Source of the DNA: Candidatus Rokuibacteriota bacterium
Lineage (GTDB): Bacteria; Methylomirabilota; Methylomirabilia; Rokubacteriales; DASRDR01
NCBI GenBank assembly: GCA_044866005.1
Contig: JBIOTN010000244.1
Location: 1-13,321, forward strand
DNA: 13,321 nt
Direction: 5' to 3'
Shown here piece after piece: positions 7,549 to 13,321 of this stretch (position 1 is the stretch's first letter; each line of letters begins with the position of its first letter). A model generated the notes under the pieces. That model saw nothing but the letters and a program-made list of their open reading frames with translations. It did no database searches and had not been told where the DNA came from. Made by a program: the position numbers and the translations under genes.

Positions 7549-7577
7549 ACGCTAGCATGACGCGGAGTTCGTGTCAA
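7549..7577 (-). promoter_or_regulatory. Sigma70-type promoter for ispE-tRNAGln-prs
   Basis: Perfect TTGACA (7577-7572), 17 nt spacer ending TG-C, TAGCGT (7554-7549). The upstream gene's TGA stop is inside the TTGACA. Confidence 0.8.
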
Positions 7578-8341
7578 TTGAGCTCTTCAACGGGAACGTC
7601 CGCGGGGAGGCGGAGCTCGAAGACCTCCGGCGGTGGGGCGCCGATCTCGGCCGAGACGTACCGGAGGTAGACCTCGAGGCCCCGGGCGGGAGCCTCGACC
7701 GTCAGGCTCTGGAGCTTGCCCCCGAGCACGCGCTCGAAGGTCGCCGTCAGCCGCTCGCCGTCCTCGAGCTGAAGTCGCGCCGGCTCTCCCGTGTCGGTGA
7801 CCCAGATCCGCTCCCGGACCCCCTCGCGCTCGACGACCATGTGGGGCCCGCGCTCCTCCGCGATCCGGACCGGAACGCCGTCCGGCGTCGCCGGCACGTA
7901 TCCCGCCAGCAGACGGATCAGGGTGGCCGGCTCGACGGGGATGCCCATCCAGCGCGTCATCGCCTCGCGCGTCGGGCGCGCGGCCCAGGCCTTCCGCTCG
8001 ACCGGGCTGAAGACCAGGACCCGATCGGGTCCCGCCGTCACCACGACGGCCGGCAACCCGAACGGCGTGGCCGCCTCGAAGCGGAGGCGATCGGGCGAGA
8101 GCACGAGCGCCCCGGCCGTCCGCTGGGTCCGTCCGCGGCGGATCACCGTCACGTCGACGGCCGCCCGGAGGCCGGGGAACTCCCGCCACTCGCCTTCCCA
8201 GCGGCGGAGGAGCTGGGCGGCTTCGCCGGCCGCGACGCCGCCGACGACCGGCGGCAGCCGCTCCGGCGCGGTGGCGCAGCCCACCCCTGCGAGGAGCAGG
8301 ACGGCGAGCATGCCGAGGCGGCGGCTCGCCCGGCTGCGCAC
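7574..8341 (-). CDS. Lipoprotein, putative LolA/LolB-fold (LolB-like / DUF4292-like) protein
   Basis: GTG start overlapping the TPR gene stop (TAGTG) gives MRSRASRRLGMLAVLLLAGVG-C, a type II signal peptide. Beta-rich body with PDRLRFEAATPFG and ending FELRLPADVPV, as in Lol-fold proteins. Occupies the lolB slot between a TPR gene and ispE. Confidence 0.65.
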   Translation of the reverse strand: MRSRASRRLGMLAVLLLAGVGCATAPERLPPVVGGVAAGEAAQLLRRWEGEWREFPGLRAAVDVTVIRRGRTQRTAGALVLSPDRLRFEAATPFGLPAVVVTAGPDRVLVFSPVERKAWAARPTREAMTRWMGIPVEPATLIRLLAGYVPATPDGVPVRIAEERGPHMVVEREGVRERIWVTDTGEPARLQLEDGERLTATFERVLGGKLQSLTVEAPARGLEVYLRYVSAEIGAPPPEVFELRLPADVPVEELN

Positions 8342-10098
8342 TACTTCCGGCCTTCCCGCCGCTCTCGGACCTGCTGGACCTTCCGCTTGACGCTCTCGTT
8401 GGCGGGATCGAGCTCGAGCGACTTCTCCCACGCGCGCAGGGCGTCCGCGTCGTTGCCGGTCTTGCTGTAGGCGTCCCCGAGGTGGTCGTAGATGACCGGG
8501 TCCTCCTTCCCCCGGGTCAGCTCGATGGCGCGCGACAGCTCTCGCAACGCCTCGTCGTAGCGTCCCTGCTGGTAGAACGCCCAGCCCAGGCTATCGATGT
8601 AGTAGCCGTTGTCAGGCTCGAGCTCCAGCGCTTTCCGGATCAGCCGCTCGGCCTCGTCCAGGCGGATGCCCTTCTCGGCGAACATGTACCCGACGTAGTT
8701 GTAGGCCTCGGCGTGCTTCGGATCGAGCGCGATGACTCGCCGGAACTGGGTCACCGCGTCGTCGAACTTCCCCTGCTTTTCGTAGGCGACGCCGAGCTGG
8801 AAGTGCAGGTCCTTCTGGCTGTCGTCGAGCGTCAGCCCTTCCTCGTAGGTCCGGACCGCCCGGTCGTGCTGGTTGGCGCGATGGTAGGCCATCCCGAGAT
8901 AGAGGAAGAGATCGGGCCGTTTCGGATCGAGGTTGATCGCGTCGCGGAGCACTTCGATCGCCTGGTCGTAGCGCTTGGCGCGGCTGTGGAGAAAGCCGAG
9001 CTGGAGGCGCGCGTCGATCGAGCGCGGGTCGCTCTTGAGCACCTGGTTCAGCTCCTCCAGCGCCTCGGCCTCGCGTCCCGCGTCGAGATAGGCGGACGAG
9101 AGGTAGAAGCGGGCGCGCAGGTTCGTGGGCTCGAGGCTCAGGACACGGCGGAACGCGGCGATCGCCTGATCGTAGGCCTTGCGCTCGTACTCCACGGCGC
9201 CGAGCTTCATCCACACCCGCGGGTCGCTCGGCAGCTGGTCGGCGAGCGCCGCGTACTCGGAGACCGCGTCCTGGAACTTGCCGAGCCGGATGAGGAGCTC
9301 CCCCAGCCGGTCGCGCAGCGCGGCGTTGTCCGGGTTGGCGTCGATGGCCTGGCGATAGACCCGCACGGCCTCCTCGTCGCGCTTCTGCTGCTCGTACACG
9401 AACGCGAGCGCGGCCCACGCGCCGTCCTGGTCGGGATCGAGCTCCACCGCCCGGGCGAGGAGACGGACGGCCTCGTCCCAGGCCTCCCGCTCCACGGCGA
9501 GGCGACCGAGCAGGTAGTGAGCCCGGGCGTGGCGAGGCTGAGCCTTGAGCAGCCGCTCCAGCACGTCGCGGGCGCGCTCGTACTCCTTGCGCTCCGCGAG
9601 GTACCGGGCCAGCGTCTCGTACGCCTCCGGCGCCGGCGGGTCGAGGCGGATGGCCTCCTCGAGCTCCGCGGCGGCCTCGGCATCCTTCTTCTGTCCGTGG
9701 TAGAGCTCGGCCAGCGTGAGATGCGCGCTGACCGAGTTCGCGTCGAGCGCGAGGGCCTTCTGCGCGGCGGCGATGGCGTCCGGAAACGCCTCCTGGCGGG
9801 CGAGCCACCGGGCCAGCAGGACCCAGAGGGTCGGGCTCGTGCCGTCCCGGTCGAGGGCCTTCTTGAGCTCGGCGATCGCTTCCGTGGTCCGCCCGCTCTG
9901 GGCGTAGAGGTGCGCCATGCTGGTGTGCAGGTACGCGGCCGCATCGGCGCGCCGCCGCGGCGCGGGGAGCGGCGCGGCGGTGGATGCGGTGGCGGCGCCG
10001 ACGTCGTCGCTCGAGGCGGCGCCGCGTGGCGGCGCGGCCGCGCAGCCCAAGAGAAGCGTCATGATCAGAGCCGTCGGCCAGGCGCGGGACAACCTCAT
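8341..10098 (-). CDS. Tetratricopeptide-repeat lipoprotein (585 aa)
   Basis: ATG overlaps the dciA stop (TGATG); signal MRLSRAWPTALIMTLLLG-C; a dozen or more ~34-aa TPR units; C-terminal AYNYVGYMFAE...YIDSLGWAFYQQG...DPVIYDHLGDAY typical of TPR proteins upstream of lolB-ispE. Confidence 0.92.
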   Translation of the reverse strand: MRLSRAWPTALIMTLLLGCAAAPPRGAASSDDVGAATASTAAPLPAPRRRADAAAYLHTSMAHLYAQSGRTTEAIAELKKALDRDGTSPTLWVLLARWLARQEAFPDAIAAAQKALALDANSVSAHLTLAELYHGQKKDAEAAAELEEAIRLDPPAPEAYETLARYLAERKEYERARDVLERLLKAQPRHARAHYLLGRLAVEREAWDEAVRLLARAVELDPDQDGAWAALAFVYEQQKRDEEAVRVYRQAIDANPDNAALRDRLGELLIRLGKFQDAVSEYAALADQLPSDPRVWMKLGAVEYERKAYDQAIAAFRRVLSLEPTNLRARFYLSSAYLDAGREAEALEELNQVLKSDPRSIDARLQLGFLHSRAKRYDQAIEVLRDAINLDPKRPDLFLYLGMAYHRANQHDRAVRTYEEGLTLDDSQKDLHFQLGVAYEKQGKFDDAVTQFRRVIALDPKHAEAYNYVGYMFAEKGIRLDEAERLIRKALELEPDNGYYIDSLGWAFYQQGRYDEALRELSRAIELTRGKEDPVIYDHLGDAYSKTGNDADALRAWEKSLELDPANESVKRKVQQVRERREGRK

Positions 10099-10421
10099 CA
10101 GGGTACCTCTCCTTCGGAGCGGACCGCCCGCTCCGCGATGACGGGGGCGAGACGGAAACGGATACCGCGCAGGTCGAGCGTCGGGCTCGCCGCGCGGCAC
10201 TTCGCCAGCAAGGCGGCCTCGTCGAGGGTGAGCCGGTGGAGCCAGCCGGAGCTGTCCACCGCCACGCGGAGCACGCCGTCCTCCACTCGCTCGGCTCGGG
10301 AGCGGCCGGCGGCGGCGCCGGCGATCTCCGGCCACGCGGCGAGCAGCCGCGCCTCGGCGAGGTGCCCGGTCAGTCCGGGGATGCCCGCCAGGAGCTGGCC
10401 GATCCTGATGGGCTCAGCCAT
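10098..10421 (-). CDS. dciA: DUF721 / DciA-family replicative helicase loader (short, KH-like domain)
   Basis: WPEIAG...SRAERVEDGVLRVAVDSSGWLHRL...LL......LRGIRFR matches the DUF721 pattern; overlaps both neighbours; GGAGG upstream of ATG. Confidence 0.8.
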   Translation of the reverse strand: MAEPIRIGQLLAGIPGLTGHLAEARLLAAWPEIAGAAAGRSRAERVEDGVLRVAVDSSGWLHRLTLDEAALLAKCRAASPTLDLRGIRFRLAPVIAERAVRSEGEVP

Positions 10422-11736
10422 CGGCCGACCTCCTGGTGGCCCCCAGGGCGAGGGTGCGCTCGATGCGCCGCGTGTCGGGCCCCACCACGGCGACCGCCGC
10501 CAGCGCGATGAGCCCGGCGAAGAAGACCAGCACCGGGAGCATCATCATGGCGCCCTGGAGCGAGCGGCGCCGCGCGGACAGGAGGCCGACGATGAACGGC
10601 GAAAGGGCGTCGCCGCCCAGGTGGATCAGGAAGACGAAGATCGCCACGGCGGTCGCGCGAAGCGATGGGTGGACGACGTTGTGGATGACGGCGTTCACGC
10701 TGCCGACGTACATCAGGAGGAAGAAGACGGCCAGGAAGAGCGCGGGCAGGAACACGCGGGCGTCGTGGCTGAGCAGGAAGGCGAGGGCGAAGGGCGCCGA
10801 GCAGATGAAGCCGCCCGCGATCGTCAAGAGGTGCCCCGCCGCGGTGCGCCGGAACAGGGCGTCCCCCACCAGCCCGCCCACGATCACGCCGAGGAGGCCG
10901 CCGCCGGCGGACACGACGCCGAACCAGAGGCTCGCCTCGGGGACGGGCAGCCGCTTGATCCGGTGCAGGTAGAGAGGCAGCCAGTAGTAAAAGGCGCCGA
11001 TGGCGAAGGCGACCAGCATCCCGATCATGCAGACCATGACGTAGGTCGGCGTCCGGAACAGGTCCTGGATCGCCGTCGCCCCCGATGACTCCGTCGCGGC
11101 CGGCATCGCCCCCGCCAGCGGGCCATCCTGTGCCACGACGTCCTGCGCGCCGCGCGGCGGGTCCGCCAGGCGCCAGGCGAGCCAGGCCAGCACGAGGCTC
11201 GGGACGCCCACCAGGAGAAACGCCGCCCGCCAGCCGAAGCGGCTCCCGACCAGGCCTCCGGTCGCCACGCCGATGGCGCCGCCGAGCGGGATGGCCGCGT
11301 TGAAGATGCCGTTGACGAGCCCCCGCTGCGACTTCGGGAAGAGGTCCGAGACCATGGCGGTCCCGGTGGGACCATACGAGGCCTCGCCGACCCCGACGAG
11401 GGCCCGGGTGAAGAAGAGCGCGGCGTACGAGCGCGCCAGCCCGGAGAGAAACGTCGCGGCCCCCCAGATGGCGACGCCGACCGCGATGAGGCGGTTCCGC
11501 GCGACGCGGTCGCCCAGCATGCCGAGCGGAATCGAGGCGAGCATGTAGAGGACCATGAAGGCGGAGCCGAGCGCCCCGAGCTCGGCGTCGGACAGGGCCA
11601 GGTCCTCGCCGACGAGCTGGAGGACGCCCGATATGATGTGGCGGTCGACGTAGTTGAACAGATTGATGGCGAAGAGGACCAGGAGCGCCCATCGCGCGTA
11701 GCGGGGCGAGAGGACGAGAGGGGTCGAAAGAGCCAT
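10414..11736 (-). CDS. MFS transporter, Spinster-like (440 aa)
   Basis: LFNYVDR in the first helix; motif A GMLGDRVARNR; RALVGVGEASY; SDLFP...RG; about 12 hydrophobic segments; LIHLGGDALSPFIVGLLS. Start moved from 11871 to ATG 11736, downstream of the predicted promoter. Confidence 0.9.
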   Translation of the reverse strand: MALSTPLVLSPRYARWALLVLFAINLFNYVDRHIISGVLQLVGEDLALSDAELGALGSAFMVLYMLASIPLGMLGDRVARNRLIAVGVAIWGAATFLSGLARSYAALFFTRALVGVGEASYGPTGTAMVSDLFPKSQRGLVNGIFNAAIPLGGAIGVATGGLVGSRFGWRAAFLLVGVPSLVLAWLAWRLADPPRGAQDVVAQDGPLAGAMPAATESSGATAIQDLFRTPTYVMVCMIGMLVAFAIGAFYYWLPLYLHRIKRLPVPEASLWFGVVSAGGGLLGVIVGGLVGDALFRRTAAGHLLTIAGGFICSAPFALAFLLSHDARVFLPALFLAVFFLLMYVGSVNAVIHNVVHPSLRATAVAIFVFLIHLGGDALSPFIVGLLSARRRSLQGAMMMLPVLVFFAGLIALAAVAVVGPDTRRIERTLALGATRRSADG

Positions 11737-11758
11737 TGGGGTTGTCGCTCGACCGAAT

Positions 11759-11788
11759 ATCGTAGCACGCGCCTCCGAGCGCTCACAA
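11759..11788 (-). promoter_or_regulatory. Probable extended -10 promoter for the MFS-dciA-TPR-lipoprotein operon
   Basis: TTGTGA (11788-11783), 18 nt spacer ending TG-C, TACGAT (11764-11759). Confidence 0.6.
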
Positions 11789-11825
11789 GCTTCGACGGCC
11801 AACGACGCCTGCGTCGCGCGTCGCG

Positions 11826-11854
11826 TTGACGCCGCTGGGTCGGTGGCGTAGCAT
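11826..11854 (+). promoter_or_regulatory. Probable sigma70-type promoter for rlmD
   Basis: TTGACG (11826-11831), exactly 17 nt, TAGCAT (11849-11854). Confidence 0.65.
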
Positions 11855-11864
11855 GCAGAGGACA

Positions 11865-13238
11865 ATGGCACAGGTGTCGCGCGGCGACCGGCTGACCGTG
11901 GACGTCACCGACCTTGCCTTCGGCGGTGAGGGCGTCGCGCGCGCCGGCGGGTACGTCCTCTTCGTCCCCGGCGGCGTCCCGGGCGACCGGCTCGAGGTGC
12001 GCGTGACGCAGGTGCGGCCGCGCTTCGCGCGGGCCGCGATCGACCGGGTGGTGACGCCGTCCCTGCGGCGTACCGATCCGCCCTGCCCCTACTTCGGGCG
12101 CTGCGGCGGCTGCCGCCTCCAGCACGTCCGGTACGAGGCCCAGCTCGAGTTCAAGCAGCGGCAGGTGGCGGAGTGCCTCGCGCGGCTGGGCGGTGTCGGC
12201 CCGGCGGAGACGCTCCCGCTCGCGCCGATCATCGGCGCGCCCGAGATCTACGGGTATCGCAACAAGATGGAGTTCACCTTCGCCGAGGCCGAGGGCGAGC
12301 CGATCGTCGGCCTCCACGAAGCCGAGCGCTACGACGTCATCCTCGACATCGAGCGCTGCCTGCTCCAGTCCGACCCCATGAACGCCGTCCTCCGCGAGGT
12401 GCGCGCCTTCGTCCGCGAGCACGGCTGGCGCGTCTACCGGTCGGAGCGCGAGGAGGGCCTCCTGCGCTTCCTGATGCTTCGCGAAGGCCGCGCCACCGGC
12501 GAGGCCATGGTGAACCTGGTGACCGCCTCGCCCGACATGGAGACGGCCCGGGCCCTTGCCGACCGCCTGCGCGCCCGCTGCCCGCAGGTCGTCTCGGTCG
12601 TGCTCAACGTGAACCCGAAGAAAGCCGCGGTCGCCGTGGGGGTGGAGGAGCACCCGGTCGCGGGGAACGAGACGATCCGCGAGCGGCTGGGCGGCCTGGA
12701 CTTCTCGATTTCGGCGAACTCGTTCTTCCAGACCAACACGCGGCAGGCGGAGCGGCTGTTCGAGGTCGTGGCCGGCTACGCCGGGCTCACCGGCGGCGAG
12801 GTCGTCTTCGACCTCTACTCCGGCACCGGCGCGATCAGTCTCCTCCTCGCCCGACAGGCTCGCGCCGTCTACGGCATCGAGCTCGTGCCGGCGGCCATCG
12901 AGGATGCCGCGCGCAACGCCGCGGCGAACGGGATCGCCAACTGCACGTTTCTGCCCGGGGAGGTGCGGCACGTGCTGCCCGACCTCCTCCGCCGGGGGGT
13001 CCGGGCCGAGGTCGTGGTGGCCGATCCGCCGCGTGCCGGCTTTCATCCGAAGGCGCTCCGCGCCGTGCTCGCCCTCGGGCCCGGCCGGGTGGTCTACGTC
13101 TCGTGCAACCCGGCCACGCTCGCCCGCGACCTGGCGACCCTCCGAGCGGGCGGCTATGGGGTTGCCGCGGTCCAGCCGATCGACATGTTCCCGCACACGC
13201 CGCACATCGAGGTCGTCGCCCGCCTCGACCGCGCCTGA
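11865..13238 (+). CDS. rlmD: 23S rRNA (uracil-C5)-methyltransferase, RlmD/RumA (TrmA family)
   Basis: N-terminal TRAM domain (DLAFGGEGVAR...FVPGGVPGD); Fe-S motif CPYFGRCGGC; YRNKMEF; SFFQTN; SAM-binding DLYSGTG; DPPRAG; catalytic YVSCNPATLARD; DMFPHTPHIE. ATG 11865 chosen because upstream starts fall inside the promoter. Confidence 0.93.
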   Translation: MAQVSRGDRLTVDVTDLAFGGEGVARAGGYVLFVPGGVPGDRLEVRVTQVRPRFARAAIDRVVTPSLRRTDPPCPYFGRCGGCRLQHVRYEAQLEFKQRQVAECLARLGGVGPAETLPLAPIIGAPEIYGYRNKMEFTFAEAEGEPIVGLHEAERYDVILDIERCLLQSDPMNAVLREVRAFVREHGWRVYRSEREEGLLRFLMLREGRATGEAMVNLVTASPDMETARALADRLRARCPQVVSVVLNVNPKKAAVAVGVEEHPVAGNETIRERLGGLDFSISANSFFQTNTRQAERLFEVVAGYAGLTGGEVVFDLYSGTGAISLLLARQARAVYGIELVPAAIEDAARNAAANGIANCTFLPGEVRHVLPDLLRRGVRAEVVVADPPRAGFHPKALRAVLALGPGRVVYVSCNPATLARDLATLRAGGYGVAAVQPIDMFPHTPHIEVVARLDRA

Positions 13239-13321
13239 CCAGGCCCTCCTCCGCCGACCGCATCCAGGACGCCGGCCGCTCGACCGCATCTCGCCCTTGA
13301 AGCGAAGCGCTCCGAGCGCCG

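Noticed and set aside
8341..10098. TPR protein as part of a defence or secretion system
   Set aside because: No nuclease, NTPase or effector domain; it matches the housekeeping TPR gene found upstream of lolB-ispE.
10099..10335. ORF-track N-terminal extensions of the TPR gene (also MFS to 11871, lipoprotein to 8431, rpsU to 3985, rlmD from 11826)
   Set aside because: They overlap neighbouring genes or promoters; downstream starts give proper signal peptides or family N-termini.
8482..11088. 868-aa plus-strand ORF, and similar long ORFs at 1489-3858, 4224-5504, 5423-7555 and 11025-13289
   Set aside because: Antisense shadows of well-supported genes; stop codons are rare on the opposite strand in GC-rich DNA and the products have no recognisable motifs.

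Overview
Very GC-rich bacterial core-genome region with no transposase, integrase, phage gene or CRISPR array. The minus strand carries a long housekeeping cluster, in transcription order: Spinster-like MFS transporter, dciA (DUF721), TPR lipoprotein, LolA/LolB-fold-like lipoprotein, ispE, tRNA-Gln(UUG), prs, rplY, pth, rpsU, mutS2, dnaG. A divergent RlmD/TrmA-family RNA m5U methyltransferase lies on the plus strand. The gene set suggests a diderm outside the beta/gamma-proteobacteria, possibly Rokubacteria/Methylomirabilota-like (unverified impression). Main oddities: (1) a 122-bp strand-asymmetric hairpin element between prs and rplY, with a two-fold symmetric internal loop and mostly G.A/G.U mismatches; (2) dnaG loses its normal C-terminus and runs in frame into what looks like the last membrane helix of another protein (chimera or fusion); (3) the ispE stop codon lies inside tRNA-Gln; (4) four sigma70-type promoters, implying a leaderless ispE and short-leader rlmD and MFS mRNAs. 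All calls are from motif recognition by eye; no searches were run.
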